Source: the human T2T-CHM13v2.0 reference genome, Homo sapiens
Strand: one strand, 5' to 3'
DNA length: 64,000 bases
Assembly (NCBI RefSeq): GCF_009914755.1
Contig: NC_060936.1
Below, in pieces: positions 28,780-42,335 of this stretch. The notes beneath the pieces are model-generated. The model searched no databases and was not told the DNA's origin. It saw only the letters and a list, made by a program, of their open reading frames with translations. The translations under genes and the position numbers were made by a program. Positions within the stretch are counted from its first letter, which is position 1. The number at the start of each line of letters is the position of its first letter.

Positions 28780-28990
28780 CCAGGACTCCCCAGCTATGTG
28801 ACGTCAGCCAGGCTGGGACTTCCCTGACGATTTCCTCACTGTATTTTTGGTCCAGGACTTGTGTTTGGCTCCTCTGTGTGGAAAGGTGTGTGGCGGAGGG
28901 GGGCGGCGGGTTGGGGAGGTGGAGAGGCCAGCTGCGAGTCGTGAAACTGTTAAGAGAAAGTAGATCAGCTGCTGGAGAATTTCCTGGCTT
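28780..28990. promoter_or_regulatory. Motif cluster: full CRE, NF-kB site, GC-rich box
   Basis: TGACGTCA 28799-28806; GGGACTTCCC 28815-28824; TGACG half-site at 28825; ggcggagggggcgg; GAGAATTTCC ~28975. Confidence 0.45.
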
Positions 28991-29377
28991 CTAAAAATAC
29001 TATTATTGTTTTAAACAGCTATAGGAGAAGGCCCAGCAGATCCCAATCTCTCAGTCAGTAACAATGGAATACGTTTTAATTCTCACTCATCTTGAGAGGC
29101 TAGAAATACATTCAGCTTGACGTAAAAAGAAAAATTCTCCAGTCTCTTGGGTTGCAAAAGTAATCGTCCCTGACACTAAAGTGTAGTGGCAGCGGCCATC
29201 TGTAGTGGAGATATGGAGTGGCCATCTGTAGTGGAGAACTGAGAGATTTGCATAATTCATTAAAAAAATCATTTTCTGCTATCATCTAGAACTGTAAGAA
29301 TCAATATTTTACAGTTAATCTTTTTCGTTGAAGAAGTTTCTCTGCTGCATTCTACCTCCTGCAGTCAAGAAGAATTA

Positions 29378-29785
<408 letters not shown>

Positions 29786-29799
29786 TCAAATACCCAGCT

Positions 29800-30650
29800 C
29801 TAATTTCGAATTCCAGGCATCCGCACATCCCAGGGAGAACGCGCCTTCCAGCCTCCAGCGAAGTGGCGCGCGGATCTGGGCCAGAACTCTCCAGAGCTGC
29901 GCCGCAGACGGCGAAAACCAGAGGTGGTTACAGTCAAGTTTAGGGACTGCAGGAGCGAATTCCCGAAGGCTTGCAGGAGCCGCCCGGCTCTGCCTCCAGC
30001 CTTTCTCTCTGGGCCTAGCGGGACTCTCCCAGGCAGGCCCCTCCCTGCCCGCGGGCGCACTTTCCCCGCCTGCATCTGAGGCGTGGCGCAGCTGGGAGCA
30101 AAGCACAGGTGGGCTGGGCGCGGTTTGGGGTTCGGGCGTGGCAGAGTGGCGGCGGGGTCTGGGGAAGAGTTGTCTTGGGGGCAGCGCCAGCCACCAGAGC
30201 CCGAGTCAGCGCGGCCAGGACTCTGCAGGGGCAGGTAGCGACCCTTAGAGACGCAACGTGGCGCAGCGGACTCGGCTGCGTGGGGCAAGGGCCGGGGCCG
30301 GACACAGGAGCAGCGGGGATGCCGGGTGCGCTCCGAGGGTGTGGCCCCCGGGCTGTGCGGGGCTCAGAGCTGCTTGCTGGGCGCGGTGCCCGACAAAGGT
30401 AAGGCAGGAGTGGGCGTCTTTCTCGCGGGACGCTGGGTCGGAGGGAGCTTGAACTTGAGGTTGTTGGGGAGAGCCAGAAAGGACGCCAGTGCCACAAGGA
30501 GCGCCTGCCTTGGGGCGTGGAGCCGCTCCTCCCCTCACTGGGCAGACCCGGCCAGCAACCAGGTAGGAGAGTGGGGGCAAATGTGGCCATTCTGAGATCT
30601 TCAGATCCCCAACCTGGAACCACCTGCAGCATTGGAATCAGGCCAGGTGC
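29800..30650 (+). promoter_or_regulatory. CpG-island promoter with probable non-coding first exon(s) of an unidentified + strand gene
   Basis: High GC and CpG density outside repeats; donors CAG|GTGGGC (30108/9) and AAG|GTAAGG (30398/9); kB-like GGGACTCTCC 30020-30029. Confidence 0.75.
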
Positions 30651-32834
30651 TGTCGGGAAGTGAGAGGCGGAATGGCTGAGGCATAATGTTTATTGTCCTC
30701 CACTCCAAACTGAGGCACATCGTGGCACCCAAGATCCAGGAAGTGGGGCCCGGTTATGTGTATCTCCTTTGCCCAAAGCATAGGGTCGCATCCCACCTCC
30801 CATCCCGACTCGACTTTCAATTTGTCAAACTGGGACTGGGTTGCCCAGGCGGAGAGCCTGGCTTTCTGAGCATCTTCCCTCCAACCAAGGAGGAACCCCT
30901 GCTCACAACGCAGCTAACCGCAAACCCCAGCTTGGCAGAAATCTGCGACTCCTCCTAAGTGCCAGATTCAGTCCGGTGTGATTTGGAGTTGTCAGGTAGG
31001 GACTGTGGAGCTCAGAGACGCTGGTGTCTGGGGGCGTTGGGTGTGAGTCTCTGGAACCTGCCTGGGCTTCCCGGGAGTCCTGTCGTCTCCACATGGGAGT
31101 TCATGGCCTCTTGGATAGGAGGGAATTTAATGGGCAAGGTAGGCACCTAGCATAGTTTCTGGAGCGTTTACTATGAGACCAGCTGGCATAATGACTATTG
31201 CCATTTTTATGATGTGCAAGTGGGGTCGGGGTCCTTGCCTAGTGCAGACTAGGCAAGGAGCATGGGACAGGCAGTCTCCGAGTTATTCAGGAACAGCTGG
31301 CACCAGAAGCCTTTCCCACCTGGCACAGAAGTGGTGGCCACAGGGCAGGCAAGGAGAGAGACCTCAGCTTGACCAGAAAGGTGGCAGAGCCTACAGCAAC
31401 TGCTGAGGTCCTAGGAGGAAAAAGCTAGAATGTCTTTTTCTTGCCGCCGGGTGGGTTATACTCACTGGGTTGGCTTCTTGCTGCTGGGCTTCAGGTTAGA
31501 TTCCAGTGGCTTGGGCCTGATAGTCAGTAAAAGCCAAATCCTCCTCAATGGGAATCATCTGCTCTTTCCTTCCACCCTCCTTCCTGAGACTCTTAAAGCT
31601 TGGCTGGAAACACATTGGTAGAAACTTGCTGCCAACTGATGTTAAACAGTTGCATTTGCGTTTCAGAATTTATTAAACACAGCCCAGAATCCTGGGAAAA
31701 TCTACCTTTCTTGAGACTACAGGCTCCTGGATAGCTCAACAGACTCAGTTCTTTACAAATATTGCTCTCCATGATTTTAAAATGGTGCAGGTTCCCGCCC
31801 CCCACCCACCTCCAAACACTCCAGGAAATACCATATCCTGTCCTCACAAATACTTCTGGTGGTAAGCAGGGCTGTGATCATGGTGGTAGGGGGCATCTTT
31901 ATCTGGTTTCATTTGAATACATGCCTAGAGTGAACACACATGTCTCTGACCTTAGTTGGTTTTCTTTTCTTTGAAATTAAGTGTTTAAAGCCATTCTTGT
32001 CTTGGTAAAATATTTTCTTCATAATTACCCTAAATCTACCTCCTACTCCCAATGAAAATGTATATTCTTATTCAAAAAGACGGTATAGAAAAAATTATAC
32101 ACATTTCAGAGAGTGGATTTCAAGTCAGTCAGGAGTCCAGATAAGAGGAAGTCACTGCAGAGTCAGAACAAATATGCAAAGTGCAATTTTCACATGGGAA
32201 CAGAGTAAGGAAGTACACTTGAGTGGAAGTATTGCTGACTGCTCTCAGCTCATGGGACTATATGTAATTTATAATCAAACACAGTGATCCAGAAAGGCAT
32301 GCAATGAAAAATGCAATTGTTCTTTTCCATTGTTCCTATTTCTAGCCTTGCTCCTAAAGGGGAGATTATTTAAACTCTTCATTTTAAAAAAGTATTTTTA
32401 TCTTTACCTCCTTATAGTACTCTTTATTCATGTGGCCAATACTTGACTGGCCTGTGACCATTCTCCCCTCTTCTTATCTATAGAATCCAGGTTTTGTTTG
32501 TGTTATAATGTGCTCAGCTTTAAAACAAAAAAAAACTACATTTCCCAGTGACCCTTATGTGGTCATGTGATAGTGATCTGCCCAATAAAGATACAAGTGA
32601 AAGTTCCAGAGAGCGGGGCTTCTATGGAAGCCCAGCGTCCTGGATGGAATCCAAGATGGTGCGACAGGAAATGCCGGCGCTGCTGGAATGGCCACCTCTC
32701 AATGTCACAGCTTATGAGAAGGCCTCAACTTCCAGCTGGGTTCTCACTGGTTCTAGTGCAGACTTGTGTGAACAGTTGAGGCAACTACTAAGTCCTTGGT
32801 CTCTCAGCTTCTTTCGTTAACAAAAAGTTTCCTT

Positions 32835-32990
32835 AGTTGGGTGTCGTGGCACATGCCTGTTGCCCCAGCTACTCAGGAGGCTGACGTGGGAGGATCACTG
32901 GAGCCCAGAAGTTCGAGGCTGGAATGATCCAAGATCATGCTACTGCACTCCAGCCTGGGTGACAGAGCGAGACCCTGCCCCTTAAAGAGA
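32835..32990 (+). mobile_element. Alu right-arm monomer (FRAM/AluJ-like)
   Basis: ggtgtcgtggcacatgcctgt...gacagagcgagaccctg. Confidence 0.75.
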
Positions 32991-35039
32991 AGAAAGAAAA
33001 GTTTCCTTCCCAGAGCATGTTCCCTCTGTTCCCTGTGGGTCGCATGGAGATCCTGGAATTAATGTGACCAAGCTGGGCTGGCCTTTACCCAGAGCCTTAG
33101 TCTGCTTGGACTTTAATGGATCCCAGCTCGATGGCCCCAGGGTTAAGAGGCCTCAGTGGACAGAGACTGGATTGGCAGACAGATTTACTCAAGGATGGGG
33201 AGGGAGGGATCGCAAGAGTTTGAAGTGGAAATGTGTGGGCTGGCAGTCCTGGATGCTCATGAAAAGCGAACTCTGAATAAGAGAAGAGGAGGGAGACAGC
33301 CACTGAAATACATTTTAAACACATGTGAATCATGATTCATGCAAATGTTGCTCCTATGTAACATGCTTCCTTTCTATGGGGCTAACCAACCATGGAGACA
33401 TTTTCTGGCTGATCACAGAAAAATGTAATGTTTCTAATGAAGTATATTTGGAATCTGTCTACCTCATTTGTAAGCTGCATGTTGACCTAACTCAGCTTCC
33501 AAGGAACCCATTCATAATACTTTCTTCGTGGTTTTCCTTCCTTCTTTCCCTTTCACGTTGAACGATAAAAGGCAAAAGAAGTCAGAGTACTCAAAGATTT
33601 TTGTCACTATGAACCCATCTACCTGTGATCTGTCAAAGCATCAGTGAAGAGACCTCTTTTCCTCTGAAAGAAACCAGGAATTTATGAGAAACTAAAATTC
33701 ACAATCTAGAGTTGTTATTTATATTAAATGGCTGCAGAGAATAAATGCTAGCTACGTTTTTGTGCTTTTTTTTCTCTTTTGAAAAATAAAAGTTGTATCT
33801 CTGAGATTAATGTCAACTTTAAGCTTTTTAGGGCAAACAAGCGAGTTTATTTTTCAATAGGAGCCAAAAGTTCACGTCATAAGAGACACAATCTTCCTGA
33901 GTCCACATCATAAGAGGTAAAATCTCTTTTGAGCTGAGCTATAATACAGATTCTACGCTGCATTGTGCAAAGGAACTGGCACAATCATGGCACCACGGAA
34001 AAATTTCTGTTTTTCAGAGATATCAGAAAGGTGTGAAGAGCTGCCTTGAACTATGTGTTGAGGAATTGGAGCCCCTCTCCAGATGATTCATTGCACCCAC
34101 AGTGGTTGCTTGGAGATGTCTGTGGACCAGTCAGAATGAAATCTTGAAGGCTTTATTCTACAGACAACCACATTGTCACTGTGTTGTCAGTAATGTTAGG
34201 ATAGACAATGCCATCCAGCTAGGAAAAGAGAGCCTGGATAAAACCATGTCCAGTTTGCAGGGAAGAGGTGCCCTTGGCCTTCATGAAGATCAGGAACGTT
34301 CTCAGCTCAGTGAGCTGTGGTTGGAGATAATGTTGTTATAAGGACAACTATCCAAGGCAATCAGACATGAAGATGTGGTCAATGCCCCCATAACAATCAC
34401 CAGCATTTCATCATTAATTCATTCATCCTGAGGAAATTGTCCTGTGGTCAGCCAGTGGTAGGAGGCATGAAGAGAGTAAGAGTCTGCTCAGTATCGGAGA
34501 GATGCATATTCAAAATAAGAAAAGAAATTAAGTTTCTAATTTCAGGGAGGCATTGTCTTAATACTGAAGACCAAATTATGTGCATGTACATGTACACACT
34601 CTATCTTGTGGACTTAAAGGAAGAGAGGGCCGCAATTGTATCAACAAAAAGAGGACTTTTACATGCCAAATGGAGCGTGTGTTATCAGTGCAGGAAGGAA
34701 AAAAAATGTCATTTTCCTTCATAGAAACGAGAATACTAGCAGAATGGTAGAATGCATGCAGAGAGTGTAAGGGAAAGGTATTTTTACATTCCATTTTTTT
34801 ATTTTTTAAAAAAGATGACAATAACCCATACTCATTTTATTTGTCGAGATGCAGTGTTAGCAAGTTAAGACCTGGGAAAATCTCACTTAATAGAGCAGGG
34901 CAGCAGTGGCATACTCATATAAAATTGTTGGGAAGAAAATTATTCAGCAGAGGTATATCATGTCTTAAAAAACAAACAAACAAACAACAAAAAAAAAACA
35001 AAAAAAAACAAAAAACCAAGCAGTATTTTTCAATATATT

Positions 35040-36205
35040 GAGCCATTGGACATCCAAGGGCAAAAAAAAAAAAAAAAAGAATGTTGACCTACATGTCACA
35101 CCTTATAGAAAGATTAACTCAGAATGTATCATTGTATAAAGCGATATAATTTTAAAAGGAAATGCAGAAAATCTTTGATCTTTGGGAGCTAAGACTTGGT
35201 GAACATTTATTAAACATGACACTGAAGCATGATTCATTGAAGAAAAAAAGATACACTGGATTCTGTTAAGTGTAAAAATGTTTGCTCTATGTAAAGGCCC
35301 ATTAAGAAGATGAAAAGACAAATGATACACTGGGATAAGATGTTGGCAAACCACATATCTGATAGAAAAGTCAATGGTAAAAAGCCAATGTAAGTAGACA
35401 ATGGGCAAAATATAAGAAAATACATGTTATTGAAGAATATGGATGACAAATAAGGATATGAAAATATGTTCAACATCACTAGCCATTAGTGAAATGCAAA
35501 TTAAGACCAATATGAGATGAAAAATAACACACCTATTAGAATAATGAAAACATAAAATACCAAATGCTTGGCGAGAATGTTGGAAGCTGGATCTCTTGTA
35601 CATTGTTGGTGGAAATGTAAAATGCTATGGCCACTCTGGAAAGCAGTTTGACAATTTCATAAACATTTCAATGCACTTACCATGCAAACCAGCACTTGCA
35701 CCCCTGGGTGTTTGTCACAGAGATAATTTATATCACACCAAAAAAAAAAAAAAAAACTATCATGAGTGTTCATAGCAGCTTTATTTATCATAGCCAAAAA
35801 CTGAAAGCAACTCCTTCAATAGGCAAATGGTTAAATCTCATGTAATACGACTCAGCAATGAAAAGAAATGGACTGCTGACAGACACAGAAACTCAAATGT
35901 ATCTCAAGGGCATTATGCTGAGTGGAAAAAAAAAAGCCACTCTCAAAATGCCATACATGATTCCATGTATATACAATTTATTGAAATGATAAACTTATGG
36001 GGCTGGGAAACAGAGTCTACACGTGATAAAATGGCATAGCACTATGCACACACATTGGGCCAATGCCAGTTTCCTGATGTTGATACTGTACCATAGCTTC
36101 GTAAGATGTAAGCGCCATGGGGGAGCTCGGTGAAGGCACACAGAGACCTCTCTATTATTTTTTCAACTTCCTGCAGATCTATAGTTATCTCAAAATAAAA
36201 AGATA
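35040..36205 (+). mobile_element. L1MC-like 3' fragment
   Basis: catcactagccattagtgaaatgcaaattaagacc...ggccactctggaaagcagtttg...gttatctcaaaataaaa. Confidence 0.75.
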
Positions 36206-36605
36206 AAAGGAGTAAGCACCTTGCCACCCACACCTAATTAACTGCTGTGGCCATGCTGTGGCCCTGCATGACTGGCTGTGCCTTCTCAGAGAAGTTCTTG
36301 CTCCCTTGCTGATCCCCACTCTTGGTCTGCTCTTCTGTCACTGGTGGTTTGTCCTAAGGTGTCTAATTAATTTCTGATTAGATCTGCTGTCTCCACCAGC
36401 CTAAGGGCTTTCTGTGGCCGGGAGCTATGTCCTCCTCATTTTCACATTGATAGTGTTTAGTTCAGGCCTGATACAGCAAGCACTCTGCTATGTATAGGGA
36501 ATGAAGGACTGGGTTTTTAGCCATCAATAACCCCAGTAAATCTGTTGAAAATTGATCCCTTGACTGGGGAGATCATAGCGTGGATGCTTGAGGTTAATGT
36601 GATGA

Positions 36606-36607
<2 letters not shown>

Positions 36608-36644
<37 letters not shown>
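36608..36644 (+). repeat. (TG)18 microsatellite
   Basis: Directly visible. Confidence 0.95.
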
Positions 36645-36646
<2 letters not shown>

Positions 36647-37172
36647 ATCTCCTGAGTTTCTCTTCATTGAATTTATTCCACAGAGTTTTCTCATTGGAGG
36701 TCAGAAGCGATGATGAAGACCTGACTAAACTAAATTCCATAACTGGCTGTTGTGTGGGTGCAAAGAAAGTGGCAGATGGGGGTTAGGATTCCAGCAGTTC
36801 CTTGGCCAAAAGGGAATAACCATCTCTAAAATGTTAATGGAGGTAGCACAGAATATTGGTTGAAGTGTGAACCCCAGAGCTAGCCTGCTGGCTGCAAATC
36901 CCAACTCCATCACTTGCTCTGTGACGTGGGACCAGCTACTTAAATTCTCTGTGCCTTTATAATCCTTTGAGAGCAGGACGATTTCTTCCATTCATTGTTG
37001 TTGTTTTGACAGCTCTGTATGGAATACTCTCTGTTGGAACATTTACACCATTTCTTGGGAAATTAATTTAGGCATTGGGCTTAAGTTTTTATTTGTACTA
37101 GAGGTTAAAACAAGGGCTTGCTGAACAAATAAACAATATTTAAAAGGGTGAATGTTCAAGGCAGTTGAGGTC

Positions 37173-37632
37173 TATGGCAGGCTGAATAATACTCCCCCGA
37201 AAAAGTCCATGTTCTAAACACTGGAAGCTGTGGACACGTTTGCTGACATAGTATCCTGGACTTTGCAATGTGATTAAATTAAAGATCTTGAGATGGGGAA
37301 TTATCTTGGAAGCATACTTATAAGTGAAAGAGAGGTTGTATAGTTAGCATCAGAGAAGGAGATGTGATTACTGATGCAGAGGCTGAAGTGATGAGCTTGA
37401 TGGTGTTGAAGATGGAAGGAGGCCATGAGCCAAGAAACACAGGTGGCCCTAGAAGCTGAGAAAGTCAAGGGATTGAATTCTCTCCAAGGGCTGCCAGAGT
37501 AATACAGCCCTGCTGATATCTTGGTTTCAGGGCTTTTGACCTCCAGCACCGTACAATAATAAATTGGTGTTGCTTTATGCTACTACATTTATGATAGTTT
37601 TCTTCCTATGCAGCAGCATGGGAAACCAATTT
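37173..37632 (+). mobile_element. MLT1D-like solo LTR
   Basis: tatggcaggctgaataat...gtgattaaattaaagatcttgagatgggg...ggccatgagccaagaaacacaggtggccctagaagctg. Confidence 0.75.
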
Positions 37633-38955
37633 AGAAGTCATACTGTTACATTCTTAACATACACTTATTCACAACCTTACAGCTAGTAAGGCCATTAAAA
37701 ATAAGCTTAATTGTTCTAAGCTGTCCTTCATGAGTAAGAAAAATGCTCTCAACTCCAGAAACACCCAGGTCCTCACTCTCAGGGTGGTGACCAGCAGCCG
37801 TATGATTGGTAGTTAGCTCTGCAGGGACATGTGGAATTTTAATGAAAAGGGTCAATTTTAAGACTGGATATTGTAGCAGGGTTCACACTGCACTGCCTGT
37901 GTACTTGGAGGGAGAGGTTGTGCCCATCCTGAATATGACACTTTTCCAGGATGATTCATATGTTCCAGGTAAAGATTTGCACAAGGAAGTTTTGTGCACT
38001 CAAGCCCTTTGTGTCATGGCATTTCTGGCAGGATTCCTGGTGCCGTGCGTAGCAGAAGGCCATGAATTTTTCCTTGAAGCTCTCTGGGGCTTTCTGGAAG
38101 CCAGCTTTCTTGGCATTGCCAGGGCAGGATATCTTCTCTGGGAGCTTCTTTCTGTCTGGTGCACATTATGGGATCTTGCTCTCTTTTGGAAGCTCTGAAC
38201 TTAATTCTTCGTATGGCTCATAATGAGGGCAATGTCAAGAAGCCTTTTATAGCTGGGCCCCTGAAAAGGCGATCTCATGCTCCTGGCTAAGGATATGTCT
38301 CATACAGCAGGGTGGTGAAAGCGATCTCAGAAAATATTGAGCCAAATACAGCTTCACTTCTCTTTCAGAACATGGACAACAGTGTGTCACCTACTGATGG
38401 AAAAAAGACTGATGCTAGTATACTGGCATTGGAGATTAAACAGAGGAATGATGGCTTGTCAGTGCATAAGCCATTTCTCCATACACAGCCCTGTGGCTTC
38501 ATAAAATATTCCTAAATTCTGATATCACATTTTGTGGCAAGCTGGTTCGAGGACAAAAATGAGGACCTGCCAGCTGATGTTTATGACTTTCCATAAAAGC
38601 TTTCAGACAAAATTTGTCTTAGATTTTGCTTGTGGCGTGGTGGGACAGGAGTATAAACCTCCCAGAACTCCCTGAGGAATTTACTGTAATCGTGAAGAGG
38701 GAGGATGCTGCCTGAAATTTCTTGTGTAAATCAATGTTTGGGAGGTATATTTTAGGGTTAATAAGCCCATTAATAATTAAAGAAAACATATTTAAGATTT
38801 GCATTTCCTTAATTTCCTTTTCTGTGTGTGAAACTCATGGATAATTTAAATATTTACTTAGAAGATACAGTTTGAATGTTTTATTCCCAAATCTGGTTGT
38901 CAGTATGTCTGCTTCAAATATTTTTATCCTGCATAATAGAGAATTATATATATAT

Positions 38956-39236
38956 TTGAGACAGAGTCTCACTCTGTCACCCAGGCTGGAGTGCAGCGGC
39001 ACGATCTCAGCTCATTGCAGCCTCTACCTCCTGGGTTCCAGCCATTCTCCTTCTCAGCCTCCCCAGTAGCTGGGATTACAGGCATGAGCCACCATGCCCA
39101 GCTAATTTTTGTATTTTTAGTAGAGATGGGGCTTCACTATGTTGGCCAGGCTGGTCTCAAACTCCTGACCTCAGGTGATCCTCCCATCTTGGCTTCCCAA
39201 AGTGTTGGGATTACAGGTGTGAGCCACTGTGCCTGG
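38956..39236 (-). mobile_element. AluSx-like
   Basis: Dimeric Alu. Confidence 0.9.
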
Positions 39237-39406
39237 AGAGAATATTCTTATGGAGTTTTGCTGAATGTCCTTCTGCACTAAAGTCTCACAGGTGTGCTTA
39301 TTGCCACTGGGGTATCATTGCTCTTAATCCCCTTCGGTACAGAAAGCTAGGAAATATACATGTTATACTAATTATTGTACACACATATACATCTATCTTC
39401 TATCTA

Positions 39407-39437
<31 letters not shown>

Positions 39438-39639
39438 TCTACCTATTAAAAACATGATTTGCATTGGCACCCCTGATTTGGATATATCACCAAGGTTCAT
39501 TCTAGGTTTCCCCTTTCCCTTATTTGACATTTCTTCCTCTGACAGTGAGAAAACTTGCTCTCATGTTCCTTATATATTTACTTATTGGCTTAATCCTAGT
39601 GTCTGTTTCAGAATTGCTAACTGTATTTTGCTTTACTAG

Positions 39640-39960
<321 letters not shown>

Positions 39961-42141
39961 AAAATGTAGTTTCTAAAGTTACTTAGGCTAGTTCTTTTCC
40001 TTATCACTTCTTTTCGTGTGGTTATGTTACTCATTTGTAATACAGTTAGGCTCATTGTTACTGTTTATATTCCATTTTGCTTTCCCTCGCATCCCGGTTT
40101 TAAAAACCATTTATTCGTTTTTAGTATGTAGAAACATAACTGTGGTTCTGAGTTAAAATTATATAAAAACTCTACTCAGGGAGGAGTGCCTGCCTCCCCA
40201 TCCCTGTCCCACCATTTCCACTTCGTTCCACATCACCTTCGTTCTCTTCAGTTTCTGTTTTATCGTTCCTGTAATTGTTTTGCAGCAATAAACAAATAGC
40301 TGTACATTTTCTCAGATCTTCTGTCTTATATGAAGGATAGCATAGTATTTTCTCTCTCTTTGTACAGTTAACAGTATATCCCGGAAATTACACCAATTTA
40401 GTTCATAGCATTCTTCGGTATTATTTTGAATAGCTGCATCGTACCTCACGTGTAGGTATAACATAATTTAGCTTTCTCTGTATGAACATTTTTTATTGTT
40501 TCTGATATTTTGCAATTACAAGCAATGGTGCAGTGAATAAACTGCACCTTTTAAAAATATACTTTTGGAGGTGTATTTTCAGGGTGGATTTCTAAAAGTA
40601 AGATTGTTGGGCCAAAAGGTAAGAGAATATGAAGTTTTGCCAAGTATTGCCAAATTTCCTTCCAGAAGTATTGTACCAATTTGCATATCTCAGTGTTTTC
40701 CTAATAGTTATCTAATTATGAGTAAATTTGAACTCGTTTTTATGTCTGAGAGCCATTTTTGTATCTTTCCTTGTGAAATTTCTGCTTTCATGTTACATTG
40801 CTAATTCGGTCTGAATTTGAGAAGTAACAACAGCTTTAGCCAAAACTGAATTTATTTTTCAGTGAGTTATATTTAGATACATTAAATAAGTGCTTTGGAG
40901 TGGGTGTCGTACTAGGGGCAGGGCAATGCTGAATTGGAATCAAATTGAGCTTGGCATGTGGAAAATGTGAGATCCTGTGAAAATTCATTCCTGATTTCTA
41001 GTAACAGCCCTTTCTCCCGTCACAGAAGGAGCCTCAGATCTCACAGGGCAGTGAGAGTTAGAAACCATTGAGCCAGAGATTCTGTGACCATGTGGTCTAC
41101 TGTTTAAGGTTTTGAGGAAGTGATGCAGACAGGGTGTGACCTCACAAAAGGAAGAGATCAGTGTAGCCCAGGGGGAACCATAGGAACCTTCCTAAAGGAG
41201 GAGGCTTGAAGGGAGGAGTCAGGGTAGGTTTGAAAAATGCAACCTGGTGAAAGTCTAATGGTATTCATGGGACATTGGTAAAATGTGGTTGGAAGTTCTA
41301 CACCCCTAGAATTTTCAACTCTGTCCATATGACAGAGGTGTGAAAACTGCTAAGTGTTGTTTACTCACCCATCTTATTCAATTCCTCACAACAGTTTTCA
41401 GAAATATTCATGATTATGATCCCCATTTTCCAGATAAGATAACTGAGGCTGTTTTTTTTTTCATAAGGGAATAAAATTAAACAAGCTAAATTTGAACCCA
41501 GGTCTTTTTATTCTTGGATCTGAATTCTCACTGCTATGCTGTGCTCATGGATGCACCTATCACAAGGCAGTTAATCTCAAATGCCCGACAGCAGGTGAAT
41601 GGATACACACGTATTCCTATATTCATGTAAGGAATTGTTAATCAGCAGGGAAAATTAATTCATGCTGCATGTTTCAACATGGACAAATCTTAATCTTTGT
41701 GGTAGGAACATGGGTGTCATATTATTTTCTATATAATACATTATTATAAATTTCAAGTAATGGCAGTCAAGTGGTCTTGCTGGCACATTGTCTGTAAATT
41801 CCAAAACAAAGGGATTTTTTTTGAAGTGGTTGGTGACAGACAGATAGGTAAATTAACATGTGCCTGGGCTCAGCTTGGCATATAATGCATATTAAATATT
41901 CTGTTATTTGGACTGAATTATGCCCCCAGGGGACCTCACGAGCTGGCCAGGGCTTTCCTAGAGGCCAGAGAGTGTGGGTCTGCTGTTGGTGCTTGTTTGT
42001 TATTGAATTAGGGTGAAAAGGTTGTATCTCCGTGGGCTCCACATTCTCAGATCAAAGAACCAGAAGCCAAGCTAAATACCCAGAGAGCGTCAAACAAAAA
42101 TCCAGCAAGAACAACAATATTAAGGCTGAGAATTAGAGGCC

Positions 42142-42335
42142 ATTCATTTATTCATTCGTTCATTCATTCACTCACTCAGCAAGTACTTCCTGAGTGCCGA
42201 CAGTGTGCCAGGAATTCTACCAGGCACTGGGGATCCAACAGGAAGCAGTAGAAATATGGTCCCTCCCCTGGTGGAACATAGACTCTATCAAGGGAAATAT
42301 ACCAAAAGAGAGAGGCAAACCTATACAGACCAGAG
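42142..42335 (-). mobile_element. L2 3' end
   Basis: (CATT)n tail then gagtgccgacagtgtgccagg...ggcactggggat. Confidence 0.65.

Noticed and set aside
29194-29237. Tandem CTCF sites
   Set aside because: GCCATCTGTAGTGG has two extra bases relative to the GCCATCTAGTGG core, which breaks the motif
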